Positions 28,667 to 38,465 of a DNA stretch of 59,162 nucleotides are shown here, piece after piece (position 1 is the stretch's first letter; every line of letters starts with the position of its first letter). Location: the NCBI GenBank assembly GCA_041573795.1, contig JBFFQB010000003.1, positions 1 through 59,162 of the forward strand. Reading direction: 5' to 3'. The translations under genes and the position numbers were made by a program. The notes under the pieces are model-generated. The model made no database searches. It had not been told where the DNA came from and was given only the letters and a program-made list of their open reading frames with translations. This DNA comes from Anaerolineales bacterium (GTDB taxonomy: Bacteria > Chloroflexota > Anaerolineae > Anaerolineales > E44-bin32).

Positions 28667-29692
28667 ATGCCAAGTATGGAGCGCTATCAGCCGCCCGTAA
28701 AAGCCCCGGAGTTCCCATCCGGATATTGGCTTAACACCCTGGAGCAACTTCACGCGCAGGATCTTCTCAATAAAGTAACCTTGGTTGATATCTTCGATTT
28801 CACCTGCATTAACTGCCTGCGCACCCTGCCTTACCTGCGAGCCTGGCAGGAACGTTATGAAAACCATGGGCTTCAAATCTTAGGCATCCACACACCGGAA
28901 TTCAAGTTCGCACAGGATCATGAGGTTGTCAAAGCCGGTATCAGTCGTCTCGGTATCCATTGGCCCGTGATCCTTGATAACGATCAAACGCTCTGGACCG
29001 CCTATGCCAATCGCTATTGGCCCAGTCTCTACTTGATCAATTCGCAAGGGAAGATCTGTTACCGGCATATCGGCGAGGGAGGCTATCGCTCGATTGAAAC
29101 CACACTGCAAGAAGTGCTGCTCGAGCTCGATCCAGATTGTGAACTCCCCGATGTCCTGCCTCCCCTTCGCCCTGAGGACGCAGAGGGCGCAACCTGTGCA
29201 CCCACGTCGCCTGAAATCCAGCTTGGCGCGATAGATCAAATCGAACCCGATCGGCTCGAACCTAAGGATTTCGACCTCCCCGACCCGCTAGAACCCGATC
29301 GCATCTATCTCAAGGGCTCCTGGCGGGCTACTGCCGACGGCATCACATTAAGTGGGAAAGTAGGCGAGATCGCACTCCGCTATAAGGCTGCCAGGGTCCA
29401 CGCCGTACTTGCGCCAAAACCGGACGATCACGGGGGCTTGCCCAATCAGGAAGAACCGCTATATATTCAAGTTCTGCAAGATGGAGAACCATTAGAACGT
29501 GATAACTTCGGCCAGGATATTTTGGCAAGTGGAACCCAGGCTCAATGTAGAGTTGATTTCCCCCGACTCTACGAGGTTGTAAAAAACCCGGAAGTGGGCA
29601 CCCATGAACTGCGCCTGATAATCAACCATCCAGGATTTTCGTTTTACGCTTTTACGTTTGGATCCTGCATCACTCCAGATCGCGGATCCTGA
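28667..29692 (+). CDS. Thioredoxin-fold (redoxin/AhpC-TSA-like) protein with a C-terminal beta-rich domain (DipZ C-terminal-like)
   Basis: FDFTCINCLRTLPYL is a CxxC-type redoxin motif, followed by GIHTPEF and YWPSLYLIN. The first ~86 codons of the track ORF look non-coding, so I chose ATG 28667 (or 28676). Confidence 0.7.
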   Translation: MPSMERYQPPVKAPEFPSGYWLNTLEQLHAQDLLNKVTLVDIFDFTCINCLRTLPYLRAWQERYENHGLQILGIHTPEFKFAQDHEVVKAGISRLGIHWPVILDNDQTLWTAYANRYWPSLYLINSQGKICYRHIGEGGYRSIETTLQEVLLELDPDCELPDVLPPLRPEDAEGATCAPTSPEIQLGAIDQIEPDRLEPKDFDLPDPLEPDRIYLKGSWRATADGITLSGKVGEIALRYKAARVHAVLAPKPDDHGGLPNQEEPLYIQVLQDGEPLERDNFGQDILASGTQAQCRVDFPRLYEVVKNPEVGTHELRLIINHPGFSFYAFTFGSCITPDRGS

Positions 29693-29714
29693 CCATGCTC
29701 GAAGGAGTGAACCT

Positions 29715-30671
29715 GTGCGCGCCATCCTTCTTTACTTATCCCAGGCTACCTGGGCCCGCCGTATCATCACCAGCCTCGGCCTCGCCCGCCGTATGGCCAT
29801 GCGTTTTGTCGCCGGCGAGACGTTGGACGATGCCCTGGCAACTGTCGAACGCCTCAATCAAGCCGGTATCTACACCACACTCGACCACCTGGGTGAACAT
29901 GTAACTTCTTCCGATGAAGCGTTGGGCGCCACGGACAGCTACATCGAAGTTATCGAGCGCCTGCATCAGGCTGGGGCAAGATCGAATTGCTCCCTGAAGC
30001 TCAGCCAGCTTGGCCAACAGCTAGACTACAACTTATGCCTGGCGAATATGCGCTGCATCGCTACTCGAGCTGCTGAATATGGAACTCTCGTGCGCATCGA
30101 TATGGAGGAATCCACCACGATTGATGACACGCTGCGTATCTACAAAACCCTCAAGGAAGAGGGTTTTAACAACATTGGTCTTGTGATCCAATCCTATCTC
30201 CACCGCAGTGAAGCGGATGTAGAGGCATTGCTCGCAAGCGGTACCCATATTCGTCTATGCAAGGGTGCCTATAAAGAATCTGCGGACATCGCCTTTACCA
30301 AGAAGAACGATATTGATTCAAATTTCGACACGCTGACAGCGCTGTTGATCGAAGGTGCCCTTGCCCTGGGTTCCGAAGCAGCCTCCACCGATGGGAAGGT
30401 GCCACCGCTCCCAGCGATTGCGACCCATGATAAGGAAAGGATTGACTTCGCGATAGAGTTTGCTGATCGTAAAAACTTTCCAAACTCGGCCTTGGAGTTC
30501 CAAATGCTGAATGGGATACGAAGCGATCTGCAGCTCGAGCTGGTCCAAGCGGGATACCCGGTTCGTGTCTATGTTCCTTACGGTACCGAATGGTATCCCT
30601 ACGTCATGCGCAGGATGGCTGAACGGCCTGCCAATATACTGCTGATCTTGAAAAATCTCTTCCAGGGATAA
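29715..30671 (+). CDS. Proline dehydrogenase (monofunctional PutA-like)
   Basis: RFVAGETLDDALATVERLNQAGIYTTLDHLGE and VRIDMEES are proline dehydrogenase family patterns. A GTG at 29715 sits 7 nt after GAAGGAG. Confidence 0.88.
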   Translation: MRAILLYLSQATWARRIITSLGLARRMAMRFVAGETLDDALATVERLNQAGIYTTLDHLGEHVTSSDEALGATDSYIEVIERLHQAGARSNCSLKLSQLGQQLDYNLCLANMRCIATRAAEYGTLVRIDMEESTTIDDTLRIYKTLKEEGFNNIGLVIQSYLHRSEADVEALLASGTHIRLCKGAYKESADIAFTKKNDIDSNFDTLTALLIEGALALGSEAASTDGKVPPLPAIATHDKERIDFAIEFADRKNFPNSALEFQMLNGIRSDLQLELVQAGYPVRVYVPYGTEWYPYVMRRMAERPANILLILKNLFQG

Positions 30672-30856
30672 CGTCCGAAATTTGCTTTGCTCCATCTCAC
30701 CACTGCACCTGCAACTCTAGAACCAACTGAGAACGAGTCGGCTCCTCCTGGGTTATAACTCAAGGAAGGCGCAGCGCTTGATTCAGCATGCGAGATACCC
30801 AGAGCTGTTGCGATTGGCGCAGTGCGGATTCACATCCTAACAACAGGGTACCCATC

Positions 30857-31585
30857 ATGGAACTCAGAGCCAGGAACGCGCTTGTCACGGGTGCAGCCCA
30901 TCGTGTGGGCAGAGCGATCGCGCTTGCACTTGCCCAGGAAGGTTGCAACATTGCCTTGCACTACCATGCAGGGAAGGCACAGGCTGAGCGAACACTGCCT
31001 GAGCTCAAGAGCTTGGGTGTTGAGGCACGAGCTTACCAGGCCGATCTTCGCTCACTCGAAGAGATCGCAGCGCTTTTTCAAGCGGTCCATGATGATTTCG
31101 GACGTTTAGATATCCTGATCAACTCCGCAGCGATCATGCAACGCATCCCCTTTGAAGACGTCACAAATGAAGATTGGAGGGCGACGATTGATCTCAACCT
31201 GCGCGCTCCCTTCTTCTGTACGCAATCTGCGGTTAAGTTAATGGGGGAGGCAGGCGGGGCGGTGATCAACATCTCGGACATTGCTGGCTTACAGCCCTGG
31301 GTGAAGTACCCCGTCCACTCCCTCAGCAAGGCCGGTGTTGAAATGCTGACCAAAGTCGCCGCACTTACCTTCGCCCCGGCCGTTCGTGTGAATGCCGTTG
31401 CCCCGGGTCCAGTCTTAAAGCCGGATCGCTTGAGCGACGAACGCTGGTCTCAGATTGGTGCCGATCTCCCGCTTGGTCAACCCGGTGAACCGGCCGATGT
31501 CACCGAAGCCATCATCTTTCTACTAAAAAATGATTTCATCACGGGCGAAACCCTGGTGGTTGATGGAGGAAATCAGCTCATTTAG
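30857..31585 (+). CDS. SDR family oxidoreductase (pteridine reductase/FolM-like by eye)
   Basis: ALVTGAAHRVGRAIA glycine-rich NAD(P) motif, NSAA, and a YxxxK region (YPVHSLSKAG). ATG at 30857. Confidence 0.88.
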   Translation: MELRARNALVTGAAHRVGRAIALALAQEGCNIALHYHAGKAQAERTLPELKSLGVEARAYQADLRSLEEIAALFQAVHDDFGRLDILINSAAIMQRIPFEDVTNEDWRATIDLNLRAPFFCTQSAVKLMGEAGGAVINISDIAGLQPWVKYPVHSLSKAGVEMLTKVAALTFAPAVRVNAVAPGPVLKPDRLSDERWSQIGADLPLGQPGEPADVTEAIIFLLKNDFITGETLVVDGGNQLI

Positions 31586-31600
31586 TAAGGGTAAAATCCC

Positions 31601-32080
31601 ATGGAACTCTCCCAATTGATTCGACGCCTCGAAGACGAAAGCCTAAAAGTCTTGGATTTCTTCAACCAGCTGGAAGAAGATGCCTGGGAAGAAGAGATCT
31701 ATACCGATGGCGAGATCTGGAAGGTACACCAAATCCTGGCACATTTTGTTTCTGTCGAGCGTGCCTTTCAATGGCTTACCGAGGATATCGTTTCTGGTGG
31801 AGGCGGGACGCCAGAGGATTTCGACCTCGATCGTTTCAATAATGCGCAAGTGCGCCAACTTCAACCTCTTCCACGAGAGGAGTTGATCACAGCTTTTCAG
31901 GCTGAGCGCGCCAAAACGATCGACCAGGCCTCCCGCTATGACGCCCATGATTTGAAGCAGGAAGGACACCACCCCTGGTTCGGACAGACGAGCGTGGAGA
32001 AGCTACTCAAATTGCTCTATCGGCACAACCAACTCCACCTTCGAGATATCAGACGGTACTTATCCTCCCGCACCCCCTGA
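31601..32080 (+). CDS. DinB/YfiT-like metal-dependent four-helix-bundle protein
   Basis: 159 aa. The pattern HQILAHFVS...H...LYRHNQLH gives a histidine triad spacing typical of the DinB superfamily. Confidence 0.7.
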   Translation: MELSQLIRRLEDESLKVLDFFNQLEEDAWEEEIYTDGEIWKVHQILAHFVSVERAFQWLTEDIVSGGGGTPEDFDLDRFNNAQVRQLQPLPREELITAFQAERAKTIDQASRYDAHDLKQEGHHPWFGQTSVEKLLKLLYRHNQLHLRDIRRYLSSRTP

Positions 32081-32231
32081 AGCAGTCGAGAACAGGTTAC
32101 CTATTCGTAATGTTCCTGATCGAGGCAGATCATTTGCTTCCAACTTCTCAGCAACATGCCTGACGGGAGGGTAAAATGAAGAGCAAGGCCTATATCATTT
32201 TTAGAATCCCTTTAGAGGGGAGGCTAGTGCG

Positions 32232-32660
32232 TTGACCATGAAAGTTGGAATTCCGGACGTGATCCTTGGAGAACTGCAAGGGGAGGTCACTGGTTCCCGT
32301 GAGCACGTTCGCTTGCTATCCTTTGAGGACCACATGCTGCGTCGCTTCGGCCAACTGGATTGGCTCAGAAGAGCACCGGGTGAACTTCTTGAACTAACGC
32401 TGCGAGCCGTAGCTGATGAGATCTGGATCCTGACCGAAGGTGAAGCTACGTGCTTATGTCGCGATATGCGCTCCGGCTCTCCCAGTGAGGGGCAAGAGTT
32501 GAAACTTGAGCTCTCAGCACCAGCACGGCTTCTGATCCCCTTTGGCGTAGCCTTTGGGTGGCAGGCAACGGGGTCGACCGCCTGCATGATTCGCTGCTCG
32601 ACCCACCAAGATGACGATCACCCCGAAGATCGAGTCATCCCCCTAGAGGCTTCCGGATGA
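32232..32660 (+). CDS. Small cupin-like (RmlC-like) protein
   Basis: Beta-rich protein of about 140 aa with IPFGVAFGWQA resembling the cupin motif 2 region. It has an ATGA overlap with the UbiA gene. The start is TTG 32232 or ATG 32238. The antisense ORF is S/R/P-rich junk. Confidence 0.5.
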   Translation: MTMKVGIPDVILGELQGEVTGSREHVRLLSFEDHMLRRFGQLDWLRRAPGELLELTLRAVADEIWILTEGEATCLCRDMRSGSPSEGQELKLELSAPARLLIPFGVAFGWQATGSTACMIRCSTHQDDDHPEDRVIPLEASG

Positions 32661-33574
32661 AACTTTCGACTCGGCAATTGGGATTATTCCTGCGCCTGAG
32701 CCGCCCACACTTTCTTCTGGGAGGTTTCTTACTCTTTGCGCTGGGAGTTTCAATTGCGGCTTATTTGGGCAAGTCCATCCGCACCGAGATTTACCTTCTG
32801 GGTCAGGCTATCGTCACCAGCATCCAGTTAATGACCCATTACTTCAATGAGTATTACGACGCACCAGGAGATAGCGAGAATCCTGCACGGACACCGTTTT
32901 CCGGTGGTAGTGGTGCCCTGGGTCCAGGGGCATTACCACGCAGCACAGCCCTCTATGCAGGCATCGCCGCCCTGACTTTGGGAGCAACCTTCACGGGATT
33001 ATTGATCATCCAGCGTTCGACTTCACTCCTTACCTGGCTTATCCTGCTCCTGGCTTTCCTGGGCGCCTTTGCCTACAGCGCCCCTCCCTTCAAATTGGTC
33101 CATTCTGGATATGGTGAGTTAGTCGCCTCATTCGTTGTTGCCGGGTTGGTGCCCGCTTTCGCCTACAGCCTGCAAACTGGTGATTTACATCGACTGTTGT
33201 TTATGACTACCATACCGCTCATCGCTCTTCATTTCTCCATGATGATAGCCTTCCAACTACCAGATTTCGCCACGGACATTAAGTATGCTAAGCGCACGCT
33301 GATGGTCAGGGTTGGATGGCAGACAGCCATGCGCATGCATGACGCCGCGATCATCTTTGCCGGACTCGCATATATTGGGGCTTACTTGAGCGGTTTACCC
33401 TGGCGCGTTAGCCTCGGCACCTTGATTGCCGTACCGCTGGGTATTGCCCAGATTTGGCAGATGGGGCGCATCCGGCGCGGCCAGCCTCCCAACTGGGCGA
33501 TCCTCACCTGGAGTGCGATGCTCCTGTTTGGATTGAGCGCCTACCTGGAATGGATGGGGTACGTGTTTAGCTAA
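32657..33574 (+). CDS. UbiA-superfamily prenyltransferase (MenA-like)
   Basis: First Asp-rich motif NEYYDAPGD. Second motif region PDFATDIKYAKRTLMVRVG. About 8-9 TM helices. Confidence 0.85.
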   Translation: MKLSTRQLGLFLRLSRPHFLLGGFLLFALGVSIAAYLGKSIRTEIYLLGQAIVTSIQLMTHYFNEYYDAPGDSENPARTPFSGGSGALGPGALPRSTALYAGIAALTLGATFTGLLIIQRSTSLLTWLILLLAFLGAFAYSAPPFKLVHSGYGELVASFVVAGLVPAFAYSLQTGDLHRLLFMTTIPLIALHFSMMIAFQLPDFATDIKYAKRTLMVRVGWQTAMRMHDAAIIFAGLAYIGAYLSGLPWRVSLGTLIAVPLGIAQIWQMGRIRRGQPPNWAILTWSAMLLFGLSAYLEWMGYVFS

Positions 33575-33575
33575 G

Positions 33576-34814
33576 ATGCCAGAATTCCTGCAGCTCACAC
33601 CCGTTCAAGCAGCCATTGATCGACTTCTGGCGCACATGCCAGAACAGACCCGGCTAACGACGGAGAAAATTCCCACGATTGAAAGCAGCAGCAGAGTGCT
33701 AGCCCAGGACGTCCAGGCGCCGCATCCACTGCCCGAGTTCGCCCGCTCGACCGTCGACGGATTCGCTGTGAAGGCCGCCGATACCCATGGCGCCTCGACC
33801 ACGCTGCCAGCCTACCTCACCTTGAGTGGCGAAATCCGCATGGGCCAGGTCGCAGAGCAAGCCTTAGCCAACACAGAGACCATCCTAATCCACACAGGCG
33901 CCATGCTTCCGCCGGGCGCTGATGCAGTCGTCATGCTGGAGGACACCCAGCAGGTCAAAACGGGTGAGGTTGAGATCATGCGACCAGTTGGCGCCGGGGA
34001 AAACGTGATCGAGATCGCCGAAGACGTGCGAGCTGGCGAGATCGTAATCCCTGCAGGCAGGCGAATGCGGGCGCAGGAGATCGGTGGGTTGCTGGCGCTG
34101 GGCTTCACCCAAGTGGCAGTATATAACCGACCCCGCGTAGGTATCATTTCCACCGGTGATGAGGTCATTCCGCCTGATGAAACACCAAAATTGGCTCAGG
34201 TTCGAGATATCAACAGCTATACGCTTCAGAACATAATCACCCGCCATGGCGGGGAAGCGATCCTACGAGGGATCGCCGGGGATTCTCTTCAAACGCTTCA
34301 AGCTCTCGTTCACGCCGCACATGAGGAAGATGATCTCATCATCGTAACGGCTGGGTCATCCGTGAGCGCACGTGATCTCACGGCCCAGGCCTTCGAGACC
34401 CTTGGGAAACCCGGTATTCTCGTCCATGGCATCGGGATTAAACCCGGAAAACCCACGATTCTGGCCGTGGCCGACGATGTCCCTGCTGTCGGTTTACCCG
34501 GAAATCCGGTGAGCGCATTGGTGGTCGGATCGATCATCCTTCCGCGGATCTTGGAACGGCTGTATGGCTTACCGCCAGAAGCGGGGGCCGCACATGTTCA
34601 CGCCCGGCTCACAACGAACGTGCCCTCCCAGGCTGGCCGGGATGATTACCTCCCGGTAAGGCTATGGAGTGATGAAGCCGGGCTGCATGCTGAACCGATC
34701 TATGGCCGCTCGAACCTGATTTTCACGCTGGTGAGAGCGAATGGACTCATCATTATTCCGTCCGATTCTACGGGTTATGAAGCCGGCGCGATGGTCAGGG
34801 TTCTACCCTTTTGA
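33576..34814 (+). CDS. moeA: Molybdopterin molybdenumtransferase MoeA
   Basis: 412 aa. STVDGFAV, TGAMLPPGADAVV, STGDEV, SGGSSV-like TAGSSVSARD, KPGKP and LPGNPVSA motifs. Confidence 0.92.
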   Translation: MPEFLQLTPVQAAIDRLLAHMPEQTRLTTEKIPTIESSSRVLAQDVQAPHPLPEFARSTVDGFAVKAADTHGASTTLPAYLTLSGEIRMGQVAEQALANTETILIHTGAMLPPGADAVVMLEDTQQVKTGEVEIMRPVGAGENVIEIAEDVRAGEIVIPAGRRMRAQEIGGLLALGFTQVAVYNRPRVGIISTGDEVIPPDETPKLAQVRDINSYTLQNIITRHGGEAILRGIAGDSLQTLQALVHAAHEEDDLIIVTAGSSVSARDLTAQAFETLGKPGILVHGIGIKPGKPTILAVADDVPAVGLPGNPVSALVVGSIILPRILERLYGLPPEAGAAHVHARLTTNVPSQAGRDDYLPVRLWSDEAGLHAEPIYGRSNLIFTLVRANGLIIIPSDSTGYEAGAMVRVLPF

Positions 34815-34865
34815 GGAAGCTGGCCATTATCGACGCGCTTGTTTCATTCACATCGATGATTTGAA

Positions 34866-36839
34866 ATGATGTCTGATTCCCCTTCACGCAACATTTACCT
34901 TGAAGATATCCCCAGGGAGCAAGCCTGGGCGCGCTTTTCACAAGCACTTGCAGAAGGTGGGCTCCTGGGACCACTTTCTACGATGAGCATACCCCTCGAT
35001 CAAGCGCTGGGGCGCGTCACCGCAAATCCCATCTGGGCCCGCCAGTCCTCTCCGCACTACCACGCGGCTGCAATGGACGGTTACGCCTTGCGTGCAGTTG
35101 CCACAGAAGGAGTGAGCGATCGTAATCCTAAGGAACTACGTCTAGGAGAAGATTGTTCCTACGTGGATACCGGCGATCCATTGCCGGATTGGAGCGACGC
35201 CGTTCTCCCGGTTGAAGTGGTCGAGCTGATCGAGGGCCAGAGCGAAATCCGCATATTTCAATCTGTGCCGCCCTGGCACAACGTGCGACCCATGGGTGAG
35301 GATATCGTCACGACCGAGTTGATCCTCCCTGCCGGTCACACGATCCGGGCGATCGACCTGGGCGCGATTGCCGCGGGTGGACACCCGACCGTTGAGGTAG
35401 TAAGGAAACCACGCGTCGCCGTCATCCCGACTGGCTCCGAGCTTGTCTCACCGGGAGGTGATCCACAGCCCGGTCAAATTCCGGAATTCAACTCGCTGAT
35501 CCTTTGCGGTCAACTGGAAAGCTGGGGAGCAGTCTGCACCCGTTGGCCCATTGTTCCTGATGAACTCGACATCCTGCGCGATGCGCTCCTCGAAGCTGCA
35601 AAAGAGCACGATCTGGTCCTGATTAATGCCGGATCTTCCGCCGGAAGCGAGGATTTCACCGCCAGCGCAATAGCTCAATTGGGCACAGTACTCGTGCACG
35701 GTGTCGCCGTGCGCCCCGGGCATCCGGTGATCCTCGGTCTACTTGAAATGAAGCCAAAGGGGAAAGCTAAAAGCAGGAAAAAGATCGCTGCGATCGGTGT
35801 GCCTGGATACCCGGTATCGGCTGCCCTCACCGCAGATATATTCATTCAACCCCTGATCCGAATTTGGCTAGGGCAGAGCCCCTCGATCCCCCCGCTGCTT
35901 GAGGCAACCCTGACGCGCAAGTTCCACAGCTCCGCCGGTGATGAAGAGCATGTGAGAGTTACACTTGGAAAGATTTCCGGGCGCTGGGTGGCCGCGCCCT
36001 TATCACGCGGTGCCGGGGTAATAAGTTCACTGGTTAGAGCGGATGGCATCCTGGTTGTACCACCAGGATCACAGGGAGTGCAGGCTGGCGAGCGCGTTCA
36101 TGTGCGCTTGCTGCGAAGCCGCGAAGAACTCGAGCAAACCATCCTGGCCATGGGATCCCATGATCTGACCCTCGATCTGCTGGCTCAGTTTCTTGCCCAC
36201 CATAATCGCCGCTTGAGTTCCAACAATATCGGCAGTATCGGCGGCTTAATCGCCCTCAGCCGCGGCGAGGCCCATATCGGCGGTGCGCACTTGCTCGACC
36301 CAGATTCCGGGGAGTACAACCTCGCCTATGTGCTCCGCTATATGCCAGGAATCCCGACAACCTTAATAGGGCTCGTTTTCAGAGAACAGGGTTTGATCGT
36401 GCAGGCAGGCAATCCCAAAGGAATCCACGAGCTGATCGACTTGCAGCGAAAGGACATTCGCTTCATCAATCGACAGCGAGGCTCTGGTACCAGATTGCTG
36501 CTCGACCATCACCTTGACTCATCCAGGATCTCCCCGGAGACAATCCGGGGATATCAGCACGAGGAATACTCCCACCTGACGGTTGCCTCAGCGGTAGCGT
36601 CCGGCAAGGTCGATTGTGGTATGGGGATCCGCGCTGCAGCCTCAGCGCTTCATCTGGATTTTATCCCGATGGGTTCAGAGCGCTACGAACTCGTCATGCC
36701 CACCGAATTGGTGGACAGTCCTTTGATGGCACCCTTGATAGAACAATTACATGATCCTGCCTTTCGGGCTGCTGTTGAAGCGCTGGATGGTTACGATGCC
36801 AGTGTGATGGGAGAGATTCGCTCAATCGAAGCATCCTGA
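34866..36839 (+). CDS. MoeA-family protein fused to a C-terminal periplasmic-binding-protein-like (PBP-like, molybdate/tungstate-type) domain
   Basis: The N-terminal ~420 aa are MoeA-like (AAMDGYAL, PTGSEL, NAGSSAGSEDF, RPGHP, VPGYPVSA). The C-terminal ~230 aa (MGSHDLTLDLL...IGGAHL...FINRQRGSGTR) resemble the PBP-like domain fused to MoeA in archaea and some bacteria. Confidence 0.85.
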   Translation: MMSDSPSRNIYLEDIPREQAWARFSQALAEGGLLGPLSTMSIPLDQALGRVTANPIWARQSSPHYHAAAMDGYALRAVATEGVSDRNPKELRLGEDCSYVDTGDPLPDWSDAVLPVEVVELIEGQSEIRIFQSVPPWHNVRPMGEDIVTTELILPAGHTIRAIDLGAIAAGGHPTVEVVRKPRVAVIPTGSELVSPGGDPQPGQIPEFNSLILCGQLESWGAVCTRWPIVPDELDILRDALLEAAKEHDLVLINAGSSAGSEDFTASAIAQLGTVLVHGVAVRPGHPVILGLLEMKPKGKAKSRKKIAAIGVPGYPVSAALTADIFIQPLIRIWLGQSPSIPPLLEATLTRKFHSSAGDEEHVRVTLGKISGRWVAAPLSRGAGVISSLVRADGILVVPPGSQGVQAGERVHVRLLRSREELEQTILAMGSHDLTLDLLAQFLAHHNRRLSSNNIGSIGGLIALSRGEAHIGGAHLLDPDSGEYNLAYVLRYMPGIPTTLIGLVFREQGLIVQAGNPKGIHELIDLQRKDIRFINRQRGSGTRLLLDHHLDSSRISPETIRGYQHEEYSHLTVASAVASGKVDCGMGIRAAASALHLDFIPMGSERYELVMPTELVDSPLMAPLIEQLHDPAFRAAVEALDGYDASVMGEIRSIEAS

Positions 36840-36869
36840 GATGCATAAGCCTTGCGAATGGAGGTCTTT

Positions 36870-37334
36870 ATGAAATTGCCACAACCTGGACAAGCTGCGC
36901 CGGACTTCGAAGCGGTTACCGATTCCGGTGAACCGATCAAGCTCTCAGACTATCGAGGCAAAGATATCGTGCTCTATTTTTATCCGCGGGCCGATACCCC
37001 TGGCTGTACCAAAGAAGCCTGCGGGTTTCGCGATGATTTCGCTGCCTATAAAAAGAGGGGGGTCGTCGTGCTGGGGGTAAGCCCCGATACAGTCAGGAAG
37101 CAGGCCAACTTTAAAAATAAATTTGAGCTTCCCTTCACGTTGATCGCCGATGCTGAACACCAGGTCAGCGATCTCTACGGTGTATGGGGCTTGAAGAAAT
37201 TTATGGGGCGTGAATATGAGGGGGTGCACCGAACAACCTTCTTGATAGATAAAAAAGGGAAGATCAAACAAGTTTTTGAGAAGGTCAAACCCGATACGCA
37301 CAGTTCCGAAATCCTGGCCGCGCTGGAAAGTTAA
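36870..37334 (+). CDS. bcp: Peroxiredoxin, Bcp type
   Basis: APDFEA, VLYFYPRADTPGCTKEAC (the PxxxTxxC peroxidatic site), and WGLKKFMGREYEGVHRTTFLID. ATG at 36870 follows GGAGG. Confidence 0.92.
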   Translation: MKLPQPGQAAPDFEAVTDSGEPIKLSDYRGKDIVLYFYPRADTPGCTKEACGFRDDFAAYKKRGVVVLGVSPDTVRKQANFKNKFELPFTLIADAEHQVSDLYGVWGLKKFMGREYEGVHRTTFLIDKKGKIKQVFEKVKPDTHSSEILAALES

Positions 37335-37495
37335 CCATCCGACCATAAATTCTATGACCAACGGGCTATGGAAGACTGACCCCCTCCAATTTTAAAATTC
37401 GATTGTCGTCACGTGGCTTAGCGCCAATGTCGCGACCGCCCCCGGGCTTGCCCCCCTCAGGTCCGGGGGTGCTTCATTTAACCCGGGCTCGATCA

Positions 37496-38386
37496 TCAGA
37501 TAGGACCAGATACTGTTCTTTCCCTGCAGATAAAAATTTGATTGCCGGCGGGATCTTCAATACGGATACGGCCATCATTCTGGTCAAATGCGATATCCCG
37601 CAGAGCCAAGAAATCGATCAGAGCCCTTAAAGTTTGATCTCCAGGGAAGATCAACTCATAGCCGATCAGTCCCAGCATCCCCTGCTCTGCCTTAGGGCCA
37701 CGCGCACTGGCCCAGGTGTTCAATCCGATATGATGATGATAACCACCGGCAGAGTAGAATGCCGCCGAAGCCCCATAGTCACCCATCGAGTCCAATCCAA
37801 GATTGTGTTCGTAGAAAATCTTCGCCTCGCTCAAGTCTGACACCTGGAGGTGTATGTGTCCCATCAGCGTACCAGCCGCCAATACCGAGGAAGGATCCTC
37901 TGTCTCCGGCACAACTGAAAGCAAGGAATTGACATCAAGCGGAACAGTGCCGATGCGAAGGCGGTCGCCATCCCACTGCCAGGTATCACGCGGTCGGTCA
38001 GCGTAGATCTCAATCCCATTACCCTCTGGGTCAGCAAGGTAGATGGCTTCACTGACGAAGTGATCTGCAGCACCTTGCAGCGGATAGCCCGTTTGCACCA
38101 ATCGCTTGAGAGCCTGTGCCAGCCTGGCACGCATGGGTGTAAGCAGGGCGAAGTGATAGAGCCCGGCGGCATTGTCGGGCCGATCAACGTCACCGGCTTT
38201 CTGCGCTAGGACAATCAGGGGGTGATCGTGTTCAAACCCAAGCACCGCTTGCTTTCTTTCTGAGCTCAGGACCTCAAGGCCGAGCAAGCCATGATAGAAA
38301 TCAATCATTTTCCCTAGCTGACGCACGCTTAGCCAGACAGCACCAAGGCGGAGATCAGCAGGGGCGTGAAAATTATTCGATGTCAT
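37496..38386 (-). CDS. Two-domain VOC (glyoxalase/bleomycin resistance/extradiol dioxygenase) family protein
   Basis: Repeated VOC modules (GLYHFALL...EAIYLADPEGNGIEIY and HIHLQV...GYHHHIGLN). Confidence 0.78.
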   Translation of the reverse strand: MTSNNFHAPADLRLGAVWLSVRQLGKMIDFYHGLLGLEVLSSERKQAVLGFEHDHPLIVLAQKAGDVDRPDNAAGLYHFALLTPMRARLAQALKRLVQTGYPLQGAADHFVSEAIYLADPEGNGIEIYADRPRDTWQWDGDRLRIGTVPLDVNSLLSVVPETEDPSSVLAAGTLMGHIHLQVSDLSEAKIFYEHNLGLDSMGDYGASAAFYSAGGYHHHIGLNTWASARGPKAEQGMLGLIGYELIFPGDQTLRALIDFLALRDIAFDQNDGRIRIEDPAGNQIFICRERTVSGPI

Positions 38387-38465
38387 TCCTTGCCTCTCGA
38401 AGAATGGCCAGGAGCATAGCCATAACGGATCAAATCAAGTGATAGAACACACTGGTTCTGCGGGA

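Noticed and set aside
32201-32587. A 128-codon minus-strand ORF opposite the cupin gene
   Set aside because: The sequence is S/R/P-rich and low-complexity. The plus-strand ORF has a beta-rich cupin-like sequence and an ATGA coupling to the next gene, so the plus strand is the coding one.
37335-37495. A GC-rich pairing CCCCCGG...CCGGGGG between the convergent bcp and VOC genes, considered as a bidirectional terminator
   Set aside because: The stem is only 7 bp with a long loop of about 17 nt, and there is no flanking T/A tract. It is not convincing as an intrinsic terminator.
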